Source: Eubacteriales bacterium (GTDB taxonomy: Bacteria; Bacillota; Clostridia; Oscillospirales; Oscillospiraceae). Taken from it: a DNA stretch of 64,000 nt. The position numbers and the translations under genes are program-made. How positions within the stretch are numbered: the first letter of the stretch is position 1; each line of letters opens with the position of its first letter. This document shows, one piece after another, positions 1 through 8,308 of the stretch. The stretch is taken from assembly GCA_048215895.1 (NCBI GenBank), contig DBFWXD010000461.1, positions 14,231 to 78,230 of the forward strand. Reading direction: 5' to 3'. Below the pieces are notes generated by a model. That model did no database searches. It worked only from the letters and a program-made list of their open reading frames with translations, and was not told the origin of the DNA.

Positions 1-165
1 TGCCCTGGCTGCGGCCGGTGGTTTAAATATCCGAGGCGTCGCAGACAAAGTACCCAGTACCACGATGAAGAAAGCAACTATGTGACCTGTTGTAGCGACT
101 GTTTTGAAGAAGTCGAAGAACACTGGGCTGAGCTGTGGGATGAATACTACTCGGGAAGATTGTGA
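1..165 (+). CDS. 3' part of a small Cys-rich phage protein (partial)
   Basis: Frame 1 reads CPGCGRWFKYPRRRR...TCCSDCFEEVEEHWAELWDEYYSGRL* and stops just before the helicase start; two CxxC pairs. Confidence 0.55.
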   Translation, partial: CPGCGRWFKYPRRRRQSTQYHDEESNYVTCCSDCFEEVEEHWAELWDEYYSGRL

Positions 166-174
166 GGTGGGCGT

Positions 175-1542
175 ATGCAGTACAACCCCCACGAATATCA
201 GAAATTCTGTATCGACTACTTGTTGGAACACCCAGCAGCCGGCCTTTTTCTAAAGCCTGGCATGGGCAAGACTTCGGTGGCACTTACGGCGGCAGAGCGG
301 CTGTTGTATGATACCTTCGAGGCGTCCAAGGTTCTGGTGATCGCGCCCCTACGGGTGGCCGAGGATACTTGGAGCCGCGAGAGCGCCAAATGGGATCATC
401 TACAGCATCTGCGGGTGAGCCGGGTGCTGGGAAGCATAAAAGAGCGACGGGCAGCTCTCCGGGCGGACGCGGATATTTATTGTATAAATCGGGAGAACGT
501 GGATTGGCTGGTGAAGGCATACGGGATGAACTGGCCCTTCGATGTGGTCATTATAGACGAGCTTTCCAGCTTTCGGAATCCGAGCGCCCGGCGATTTAAG
601 GCGCTTAGGAAGGTACGCCCTCTAGTGAAGTACTTGTGGGGGCTTACTGGCACACCCCGGCCAAAGAGTCTATTGAACTTATGGGCCCAGGTCTACTTAC
701 TGGACCGGGGAGAGCGATTGGGCAAGACCTTCACGGAGTACAAGCGGCGGTATTTCAATCCAGGACGCCGGAATGGATATGTTGTTTATGAGTGGGTGCC
801 GTGTGATGGAGCCGAGGACGAGATATATGCGAGGATTGGGGACATCTGTGTCAGTTTGGAAACCAAGGGCAACGTGAAAATGCCGGAACTCGTGGAAACT
901 ATCAGGTCAGTGGTTCTCTCCCCAGGGGTTAGGGCCATGTATAACAGCATGGAGCGGGAAGCTGTTCTCCCCCTTGCCGGGGCAACGATTGACGCCGGGA
1001 GCGCCGCAGCTGTCAATGGTAAATTGTTGCAGATTGCGGGCGGGGCAATTTATGACGAGGATCACCAGCCCCACGAACTGCATACCGAAAAGCTGGATGC
1101 CCTGGAGGACATTCTGGAGGAAGCAAACGGGGAGCCGGTGCTTTTGACCTATCGGTATCAGCACGAGCGGGACCGTATTATGGCCAGATTTCCTCAGGCG
1201 GTCCAGCTGAAAGACAGCGAAACCATAGCTGCATGGAACGCGGGAGAAATCCCATTGCTGTTGCTTCACCCGGCGGGAGCCGGGCATGGTCTAAACCTGC
1301 AGGACGGCGGGCATATCGTTGTGTGGTTTGGGCCGATCTACGACCTGGAGTTGTGGGAACAGACTATCGACCGATTGTATCGTCAGGGCCAGAAACATAC
1401 CACGAGCGTCATCGTTCTGGTGGCTGAAGGAACCGTAGAGGAAGATGCTATGCGGTCTTTAGATGCAAAGGCGGATGGGCAAGCGGCTATGATGGAGGCC
1501 ATCAAGGCCAGAGTGAACAAATATAAGAGAGGGGTGGCTTGA
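175..1542 (+). CDS. SNF2-family (DEAD-like) phage helicase
   Basis: Motifs PGMGKT, VIIDELS, GLTGTP, HPAGAGHGLNLQ, RLYRQGQ. Confidence 0.92.
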   Translation: MQYNPHEYQKFCIDYLLEHPAAGLFLKPGMGKTSVALTAAERLLYDTFEASKVLVIAPLRVAEDTWSRESAKWDHLQHLRVSRVLGSIKERRAALRADADIYCINRENVDWLVKAYGMNWPFDVVIIDELSSFRNPSARRFKALRKVRPLVKYLWGLTGTPRPKSLLNLWAQVYLLDRGERLGKTFTEYKRRYFNPGRRNGYVVYEWVPCDGAEDEIYARIGDICVSLETKGNVKMPELVETIRSVVLSPGVRAMYNSMEREAVLPLAGATIDAGSAAAVNGKLLQIAGGAIYDEDHQPHELHTEKLDALEDILEEANGEPVLLTYRYQHERDRIMARFPQAVQLKDSETIAAWNAGEIPLLLLHPAGAGHGLNLQDGGHIVVWFGPIYDLELWEQTIDRLYRQGQKHTTSVIVLVAEGTVEEDAMRSLDAKADGQAAMMEAIKARVNKYKRGVA

Positions 1543-1754
1543 CTATGGCTAGAAATAAGTATCCGGGCCGGTGCTACTGCTGCGGGGCCTGGGTGGAGCC
1601 GGGCTATGGGCATTTCGAGCGGGTCTACGGCGCGTCCCCTGGACAGCCAAAGTGGCGCATTAAGTGCGTGATGTGTGCCAGCGGGCGGGTACTTACGGAT
1701 AAGGACCCCGGCGTGATATGGGCAAAGAAGGCCGCAGAGACGGAAAGAAAGTAG
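1539..1754 (+). CDS. Small Zn-finger-like hypothetical phage protein
   Basis: CYCC...CVMC; start overlaps the helicase stop. Confidence 0.6.
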   Translation: MTMARNKYPGRCYCCGAWVEPGYGHFERVYGASPGQPKWRIKCVMCASGRVLTDKDPGVIWAKKAAETERK

Positions 1755-1762
1755 GTGAGAGC

Positions 1763-2203
1763 ATGAACTGGAAGCGCGAAGCAATTGACAAGCTGAAAAA
1801 TTACGAGGCGCACCAAAAGGCCCTGGAGACTATCCCTCAGGAGATCCGGCGATTGGAGATAGGCTATACCAGCATCCGCAGTGCTACTACAGACAGCACC
1901 CCGATTTCGGGGGGCGGGAGCACTAGGGAGGATGCCATGTTGTCCAATATCATCCACCGGGATGAACTGGAGCGTCGATTGCAGGAATCCAAGTTATGGG
2001 TAGGTGTCGTGGATGCAGCACTTGGAGTTCTGGACGACGAGGAGCGGCTGGTGTTGGATCGGTTTTACATCCACCAGGCCAAGGGGGCCGCACGGGAGCT
2101 GTGTGAGCGGCTCAATGTGGAACAGTCTACAATCTACCGTAAACGGGACAGTGCCCTGCGGCATTTCACTTTGGCGCTGTATGGTGTGACGGAGACTGAG
2201 TAA
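1763..2203 (+). CDS. Late transcriptional activator (RinA/ArpU-like, sigma-4-like HTH)
   Basis: C-terminal LDDEERLVLDRFY...LNVEQSTIYRKRDSALRHF; lies immediately before the packaging module; ATG 1763 follows AGGTGA. Confidence 0.8.
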   Translation: MNWKREAIDKLKNYEAHQKALETIPQEIRRLEIGYTSIRSATTDSTPISGGGSTREDAMLSNIIHRDELERRLQESKLWVGVVDAALGVLDDEERLVLDRFYIHQAKGAARELCERLNVEQSTIYRKRDSALRHFTLALYGVTETE

Positions 2204-2209
2204 AAGAAA

Positions 2210-2255
2210 GATGGGAAAAAGACGGGAAGTTTTTTCTAAACTCCCGTGCTATAAT
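2210..2255 (+). promoter_or_regulatory. Putative activator-dependent late promoter
   Basis: Extended -10 TGCTATAAT (2247-2255) with no consensus -35; direct repeat GA(T/C)GGGAA at 2210 and 2221 (11-bp period). Confidence 0.55.
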
Positions 2256-2283
2256 GCTACTGAGTAAAATTCCAACCAAGCCA

Positions 2284-2315
2284 GGCGGCCTCCGCTTTCG
2301 GGGGCCGCCACTTTT
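2284..2315 (+). terminator. GC-rich hairpin with short U tract in the late leader
   Basis: GGCGGCCTCCG-CTTT-CGGGGGCCGCC followed by ACTTTT. Confidence 0.5.
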
Positions 2316-2432
2316 GTTGAAGGGAGGTCTATCTGGTCTCTGTGTTTCTCCTTTGCACGGAGGCAGGTCCGAGCTGGCGGCGGTCGCCAACGTCACCAAC
2401 GGCGGGCACACCACAAAAAGGAGTAAGCAAAA

Positions 2433-2969
2433 ATGGATATGCAGCTGGTAACAAAGAAGCTGTCAGAAGTTCGTCCGTATGAGCGAAACCCCAGAAAGAA
2501 CGCTGATGCCGTTGCGGCGGTGATGGAGAGTATTCAGCAGTGCACGTATATCGCGCCGATTATCATTGACGAAAATGGTATCATTCTTGCGGGGGACACC
2601 CGGTATCGGGCTTTAAAGCGGTTGAAGCGGAAAGAGGCCGAGTTCATCGTCAAAGAGGGCTTGACCGAGGAACAGAAGCGGAAGTACCGCCTTCTGGATA
2701 ACAAAACTAACGAGCTGGCGACCTGGGACATTGACCTTTTGGAGGAAGAGCTGGAGGGGCTGGACCTTGGCGGCCTGGACCTTGACTGGGGGATTGGAAC
2801 CGGGGAAGAACCGGCGAGCTCGGAAAAGCCGGGGGATTTCTCCAAGTCCGAGTTTGAATACTCCCAGCAGTACGGTGTCACGGTTATTTTGAAGGACGAG
2901 GCCGAGCAAGAGGCGTGCTATAACAAGCTGTGCGGCATGGGCTACGATTGCCGGGTGGTGACCGTATGA
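2433..2969 (+). CDS. ParB/Sulfiredoxin N-terminal domain protein
   Basis: VRPYERNPRKN...PIIIDENGIILAGDTRYRALK...YRLLDNKTNE. Confidence 0.88.
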   Translation: MDMQLVTKKLSEVRPYERNPRKNADAVAAVMESIQQCTYIAPIIIDENGIILAGDTRYRALKRLKRKEAEFIVKEGLTEEQKRKYRLLDNKTNELATWDIDLLEEELEGLDLGGLDLDWGIGTGEEPASSEKPGDFSKSEFEYSQQYGVTVILKDEAEQEACYNKLCGMGYDCRVVTV

Positions 2970-4105
2970 CCAGGATAGAAGTCCATAACCACGTCAGTGA
3001 CTTCAATAGCTACCGGGCCGCCAGGGTGAAAAGCCTGTTCAATGCTGAAAACGGCTGTAACTTCGATCTAGAGATTGACGCCGACTTGTCCGGTGACTGG
3101 AGTATCGGGGTGGTCGTGGGCCCGTCTGGATCGGGGAAGACCTCTATCGGGCGGACTATCTTCGGCACCGATAAGATATACGACTATTCTGCGGGCTGGG
3201 CCCCGGATAAGCCGGTGATCGACTGCATCGCCCCGGATGGGGACTTCAATGAGGTGACCGGGGCGCTGGCAAATGTCGGCCTCGGCTCCGTGCCGTCCTG
3301 GCTCCGCCCCTTCAGGGTGCTGTCCAACGGCGAGCAGTTTCGTGTGGGGCTGGCCCGTATTATCTGTGAAAAGCCCCAGGAAATCGTTATTGACGAGTTC
3401 ACATCGGTGGTGGATCGCCAGATAGCCCGAATCGGCTCCCAGGCGTTTCAGAAGGCGTGGCGGCGGGGAAACCCCGGAGGGAAGGTGGTGTTACTCACAC
3501 CCCACTATGACATTCTGGACTGGATACAGCCGGATTGGGTCATCGATACCAAGACGAGGACCTTTGAACGTGGGGTTCCCCGACAGCGGCCAACCATTGA
3601 GCTTGAAATATGGAAGGTCAACCAGAGTTACTGGAAGTATTTTAAGCCGCATTATTATTTAGACCTCCCCATGCCGGTGGCAGGGGAGTACTTTATCGGG
3701 ACTGTAGATGGGGAGTTGGCGTGTCACATGGCGGTGGCTCCTCGCTTTGAGGTCCGAGGGTATCGCGGGACCCGCTTGGTGACCATGCCTGAGTGGCAGG
3801 GGGCGGGTGTCGGGATGCGATTCCTAAACTGGGTCGCTGAGTACCATAAGCAAGGAGGGGGCCGTGGCGGCCACAAATACCCCTTGTATTTTCACACAAG
3901 TCATCCCCAGATGTGCGCCGCTCTTCGCCGTAGCCCAAAGTGGACACAGTGCTCTGCTGTCCTATTCGGCGGCAACAAGGCGAAGTCGGCGGCAACCATC
4001 AAAAGCTCCAGAGTCAGGCACGGGAAGGTCGGAATAGGGTCTGGTTATGGCGGACACTTCCGGGCGGTGCAGGGCTTCAAGTACATCGGGGAGGTAGAGG
4101 GATGA
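2966..4105 (+). CDS. ABC-ATPase / GNAT acyltransferase fusion
   Basis: Walker A GPSGSGKT, signature LSNGEQ, Walker B IVIDE, H-loop LTPH; C-terminal GNAT CoA-binding motif RLVTMPEWQGAGVG; no TM segments. Confidence 0.85.
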   Translation: MTRIEVHNHVSDFNSYRAARVKSLFNAENGCNFDLEIDADLSGDWSIGVVVGPSGSGKTSIGRTIFGTDKIYDYSAGWAPDKPVIDCIAPDGDFNEVTGALANVGLGSVPSWLRPFRVLSNGEQFRVGLARIICEKPQEIVIDEFTSVVDRQIARIGSQAFQKAWRRGNPGGKVVLLTPHYDILDWIQPDWVIDTKTRTFERGVPRQRPTIELEIWKVNQSYWKYFKPHYYLDLPMPVAGEYFIGTVDGELACHMAVAPRFEVRGYRGTRLVTMPEWQGAGVGMRFLNWVAEYHKQGGGRGGHKYPLYFHTSHPQMCAALRRSPKWTQCSAVLFGGNKAKSAATIKSSRVRHGKVGIGSGYGGHFRAVQGFKYIGEVEG

Positions 4106-4839
4106 AGATTTTTCTTTGTGGTCAGCGTAGCTTCGGGAAAGAGGTTTGCCGGGCGCTGCTGGATGCCGGGCATGAGATTGTGGGTGTGGCCCCGGCCCCG
4201 CCCCAGAAGCACCAGGACAAGCTATATGGCTATGCGGCAGTTAAAGGGCTGCCGCTGGTAACGGACTGCAAAAGCCTGGTGTCCAGCTTTATCCCCGATG
4301 GCACGGAGTTGATTGTGGCGGCCCACTCTCACTGGCTGATCTCCAGCCAGTGCCTGAAACGGGCCCAGTTTGGCGGGATAGGGTTCCACCCCTCGCTGCT
4401 ACCTAGACACCGGGGGAAAGATGCAGTCCGCTGGGCAGTCCACATGGGGGATTATGTCTCCGGCGGGACCGTGTACCGGCTGACTGATAAGACCGACGGA
4501 GGCGACATCCTCCGACAAGAGCTGGTATGGATTAAGCCTGGGTGGACTTACCACGATTTGTGGCGGGCCATCTTCCCTGTCGGAGTCCGTTTGCTAGTGG
4601 ACGCCGTTCGGGAGATGGAGCGAGGGAGCGGGCTATGGGTGGAGCAGGACGAAAGCTGCGCCACCTGGGAGCCGTCCTGGGATCGGCCAAGGCTAGAGCG
4701 AAGGGAGCTGCTCGCCCTGGGCGGGGAAGCCCCGGTGTTCGATTCGGACACAGCACCGAAAGAGTGCAGAGGTTGCATCCGGGATTGTACCTGGTGCACC
4801 TACAACATAGCGGACCCGGAGACTTATCATAGACGATAG
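4102..4839 (+). CDS. Formyltransferase family (Fmt/PurN-like) protein with Cys-rich tail
   Basis: MKIFLCG N-terminus, GFHPSLLPRHRG, TDGGDIL; tail CRGCIRDCTWC; ATGA overlap with upstream gene. Confidence 0.85.
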   Translation: MKIFLCGQRSFGKEVCRALLDAGHEIVGVAPAPPQKHQDKLYGYAAVKGLPLVTDCKSLVSSFIPDGTELIVAAHSHWLISSQCLKRAQFGGIGFHPSLLPRHRGKDAVRWAVHMGDYVSGGTVYRLTDKTDGGDILRQELVWIKPGWTYHDLWRAIFPVGVRLLVDAVREMERGSGLWVEQDESCATWEPSWDRPRLERRELLALGGEAPVFDSDTAPKECRGCIRDCTWCTYNIADPETYHRR

Positions 4840-4874
4840 ACAGTGCGGCCCGCGTTTGGGAGGAAGGTGGTGGT

Positions 4875-5378
4875 ATGGCCAATGCGGAAAACTTGAAGAA
4901 GGGAAAAGCCACGCAATTCAAAAGCGGCAAGGACGCAGTAGAAAACGGCCGGAAGGCCGGTGTGGCCTCCGGGGCATCCCGACGACGAAAGAGGGCCATG
5001 CGTCAGGCTGCGGCCATGCTGCTGAATACGCAGATCCCCATGAACGAGCGGGGCCCATTCATGGGGACTGTGAAAACCTTACTGAAAACCTTCGGCTATA
5101 CACCGGACGATGCAACCTATCAGGACGCGCTTCTCGCCGGTATTATGCTGGAGGCTATGAAAGGCGACGTCAGGGCGGCGGAGTTCATCCGAGACACCGC
5201 CGGGGAAAGTCCTGCCTTGGATATTCGAAAGGCCGAATTGAAGATGCGCCAGGAAGAATTGAAATTCAAGCAGGAACAGTCCTCCGGGGCCGCCGCCCCT
5301 GGTGCCGTGAATAACCTGTTGGAAGCCATCATGCAGACGGGGGAGATTGACACGGATGATTTACCGGAGATTGAGTAA
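4875..5378 (+). CDS. Terminase small subunit (probable)
   Basis: ENGRKAGVASGASRRRKR and EAMKGDVRAAEFIRD motifs; position directly before TerL. Confidence 0.7.
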   Translation: MANAENLKKGKATQFKSGKDAVENGRKAGVASGASRRRKRAMRQAAAMLLNTQIPMNERGPFMGTVKTLLKTFGYTPDDATYQDALLAGIMLEAMKGDVRAAEFIRDTAGESPALDIRKAELKMRQEELKFKQEQSSGAAAPGAVNNLLEAIMQTGEIDTDDLPEIE

Positions 5379-6600
5379 GCGGCAAAAGTTAGCTATGCTC
5401 TGGTGGCAGCAGCCCCGCTTCCGTGGCCGGGACGTCCTTCTGTGTGATGGCTCCATCAGATCCGGTAAAACGGTGTGCATGACCGTCGGGTTCATCCTCT
5501 GGAGCATGGCGACTTTCAACGGGGAGCGGTTCGCGCTGTGCGGCAAGACCATCGAGAGCCTGCGGCGCAATGTGGTTCTGAACCTCCGGGATTGGGTGCC
5601 GCCGGAGCTGACTATCGTGGAGCGCCGGTCAGAAAACAAGCTGATTATTTCAGACGGCCTGGGGCGGGAGAACACCTACTTCCTGTTCGGCGGCCGGGAC
5701 GAGAGCTCCTATATGCTGATCCAGGGCATTACCCTGGCCGGGGCCCTGCTGGACGAGGTGGTGCTCATGCCCCGGTCCTTCGTGGAACAGGCCCTTGCCC
5801 GGTGCTCCATCAAGGGGAGCAAGATATGGTTCAACTGCAACCCGGAAGGCCCCGAACACTGGTTTTATAAAAACTGGATCGAGGGCGATAACCCGAAGAA
5901 AATGAACGCGCTTCACCTTCACTTCACTATGGACGATAACCCGGCGCTGGCCCCGGAGGTCCGGGCCCGCTATGAGCGGCAGTTTTCCGGGGTATTCTAC
6001 GACCGCTATATCCTGGGGCTGTGGGTGGTGGCCGAGGGGCTGATCTACACCATGTTCAACCGGGATTTTCATGTGGTGCCGGATAAGCCCCGGCCATACG
6101 AGCGGTATTATATCTCCGTGGACTACGGCACCGCCAACCCCACCAGCATGGGGCTTTGGGGCAAGGCCCAGGGGAAATGGTATCGCATTCGGGAGTACTA
6201 CTACGACAGCCGGAAGGTGGGCCGCCAGCTGACGGACGAGGAATACTACGCCGAGCTGGAGAAGCTGGCCGGGGACCTGTCAATCCGGGCGGTCATCGTG
6301 GACCCGTCGGCTGCCAGCTTCATAGAGGCCATCCGGCGGCACGGCCGGTTCTATGCGGAGAAAGCATCTAACTCTGTCCTGGATGGTATTCGCAACGTCG
6401 CCACCAGGCTTAAAACGGGGGAGATTTTCTTCTGCGAGGGCTGCCGGGACTGTATCCGGGAGTTCCAGCTCTACCGCTGGGACGAAAAGGCGGGCTTTGA
6501 CCGACCCATCAAAGAAAACGACCACGCTATGGACGATGTGCGCTACTTCGTCCACAAGGTATTCGGGCCTGATATTTTCAGTATCGGCCCCACTGCGTGA
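5356..6600 (+). CDS. Terminase large subunit, PBSX family
   Basis: DGSIRSGKT, LLDE, NCNPEGPEHW, SVDYG, NDHAMDDVRY. Confidence 0.95.
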   Translation: MIYRRLSKRQKLAMLWWQQPRFRGRDVLLCDGSIRSGKTVCMTVGFILWSMATFNGERFALCGKTIESLRRNVVLNLRDWVPPELTIVERRSENKLIISDGLGRENTYFLFGGRDESSYMLIQGITLAGALLDEVVLMPRSFVEQALARCSIKGSKIWFNCNPEGPEHWFYKNWIEGDNPKKMNALHLHFTMDDNPALAPEVRARYERQFSGVFYDRYILGLWVVAEGLIYTMFNRDFHVVPDKPRPYERYYISVDYGTANPTSMGLWGKAQGKWYRIREYYYDSRKVGRQLTDEEYYAELEKLAGDLSIRAVIVDPSAASFIEAIRRHGRFYAEKASNSVLDGIRNVATRLKTGEIFFCEGCRDCIREFQLYRWDEKAGFDRPIKENDHAMDDVRYFVHKVFGPDIFSIGPTA

Positions 6601-6608
6601 GGTGCTTT

Positions 6609-6794
6609 ATGTTTGAGCAGCGATATGTCTTAGATAAAATCGAACAATGGGCCGAGCGACTACCATACCGCACCCTGCGGATTGAAGTGGAGCTTCCTGG
6701 GCAGACCCTCACGCTAGAGAAAAGCAAGGCCCTGCCCATCGGTTTTTCTGCGGCTGTAGAGACACAAGGGAAAGGGGGGAAAGAGAAATGGTGA
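6609..6794 (+). CDS. Small hypothetical phage protein
   Basis: GAGGTG RBS before ATG 6609; fills the TerL-portal gap. Confidence 0.55.
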   Translation: MFEQRYVLDKIEQWAERLPYRTLRIEVELPGQTLTLEKSKALPIGFSAAVETQGKGGKEKW

Positions 6795-8308
6795 ACTTCA
6801 ATCTGCGGGGTGACTGCATTGGACGCACGGATACGGACTTCCGTCGGGGTATGACGGATAAGCGTTTTCTGGAGCTGGAGATCACGGCGTGGCTCCGCTC
6901 CCCGGAACGGAAGCGCCAGCTTGCGGGAGAGATGTACTATGATAACCAGCAGGACATCCTCGCAAAGCGGCGGATGGCCATAGATGACAACGGCGATCCC
7001 ATTGAAGTCCGGCACCTGCCTAATAATCGGCTCATTAGCAATCAATATGCGAAGATGGTAGACCAGAAGACAAACTATTCTTTCGGGCGGCCCTTTTCAT
7101 TTGACACGGAGGATAAGGGCTATGCGGAGGCGCTTTCCCAGGTATTTGGCTCCCGTTTCCGACGAGTAATGCGAAATCTGGGCGAAGGAGCCTGGATTGG
7201 GGGCAAAAGCTGGCTCTACCTGTATTATGATGCTGGAGAACTGGTGTTTAAGCGGCTCCCGGCTGACGAAGTGCTTCCTTTCTGGGCTGACGCAGATCAT
7301 ACCATCTTGGATGCCGCTGTCCACGTGTACGCGGTAGAGGAATACGATGAATCCGAAATCCCGAAAGCCGTGATAAAAGTAGAGGTGCTGCATGGTGGCG
7401 GGGTGGATTGTTTCATCCGGCACGATGACGGGACCTTGGAGCCTGATAGCAGTGCTAGGTCCGGGGACTATATCACGGCCCCAGACCCGAAAACCGGGGA
7501 ACAGCGTGGATATAACTGGAAACGGATACCTCTGATTTGCTTTAAGTCCTCTCACCACGAAATCCCGTTGCTATCCAAAGTGAAGTGTCTCCAGGATGCC
7601 TATAATCAGATTTTATCGGCCTTTGCTGACCGTATGGAGGAGGACATCCACAATACCGTCATCGTTATCAAAAATTATGACGGGGAGGATTTGGGCCGCC
7701 TCCGCCGAAATCTGGCAACCTATGGCATCATCAAAGTCCGGTCTTATGAGGGCTCCGAGGGTGGGGCAAGCACTCTGGAAATTGAGGTCAACGCTGAGAA
7801 TTTCAAAGTGATTCTCGCGCTGTTAAAGGATGCTATCATTGAAAACGCCAGGGGCTACGACGCCAAGGACGAGCGTATGGGCGGAAACCCCAATCAGATG
7901 AATATCCAGTCCATGTACTCGGACATTGATTTGGACGCCAACGGCATCGAAATCGAGTTTCAGGCCGCCATGGAGGAGTTGCTCTGGTTTGTCAACCAGC
8001 ACCTCGCCAACACCGGAAAGGGAAATTTCGAGGGAGAAGAAGTTAAGGTTATCTTTGACCGGGACGTGCTTATCAACGAAACCGAGGCCATCAACAACTG
8101 CAAGAACTCCGTGGGTATTTTGTCCAATGAAACTATCGTGAAGAACCATCCGTGGATCTCCGACCCGGAGCAAGAGCTGGAGCGCATCAAGAAAGAACAG
8201 AAGGAGGCCACGGAAGACCCATACCAAGCCGCCTTCATGGCAAACCGGAAAAAGGGCGGGGACCCCCAAGACGGCGTGACCGGCGGTGATGGCGATGGCG
8301 ACGAATAA
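6788..8308 (+). CDS. Portal protein, SPP1 gp6-like
   Basis: NQYAKMVDQKTNYSFG, IPLICFK, LQDAYN, HPWISDPEQELERIKKE; about 506 aa after TerL. Confidence 0.93.
   Translation: MVNFNLRGDCIGRTDTDFRRGMTDKRFLELEITAWLRSPERKRQLAGEMYYDNQQDILAKRRMAIDDNGDPIEVRHLPNNRLISNQYAKMVDQKTNYSFGRPFSFDTEDKGYAEALSQVFGSRFRRVMRNLGEGAWIGGKSWLYLYYDAGELVFKRLPADEVLPFWADADHTILDAAVHVYAVEEYDESEIPKAVIKVEVLHGGGVDCFIRHDDGTLEPDSSARSGDYITAPDPKTGEQRGYNWKRIPLICFKSSHHEIPLLSKVKCLQDAYNQILSAFADRMEEDIHNTVIVIKNYDGEDLGRLRRNLATYGIIKVRSYEGSEGGASTLEIEVNAENFKVILALLKDAIIENARGYDAKDERMGGNPNQMNIQSMYSDIDLDANGIEIEFQAAMEELLWFVNQHLANTGKGNFEGEEVKVIFDRDVLINETEAINNCKNSVGILSNETIVKNHPWISDPEQELERIKKEQKEATEDPYQAAFMANRKKGGDPQDGVTGGDGDGDE

Noticed and set aside
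2966..4105. ABC transporter
   Set aside because: No permease or binding-protein gene nearby; the ATPase is fused to a GNAT domain in a phage late operon.
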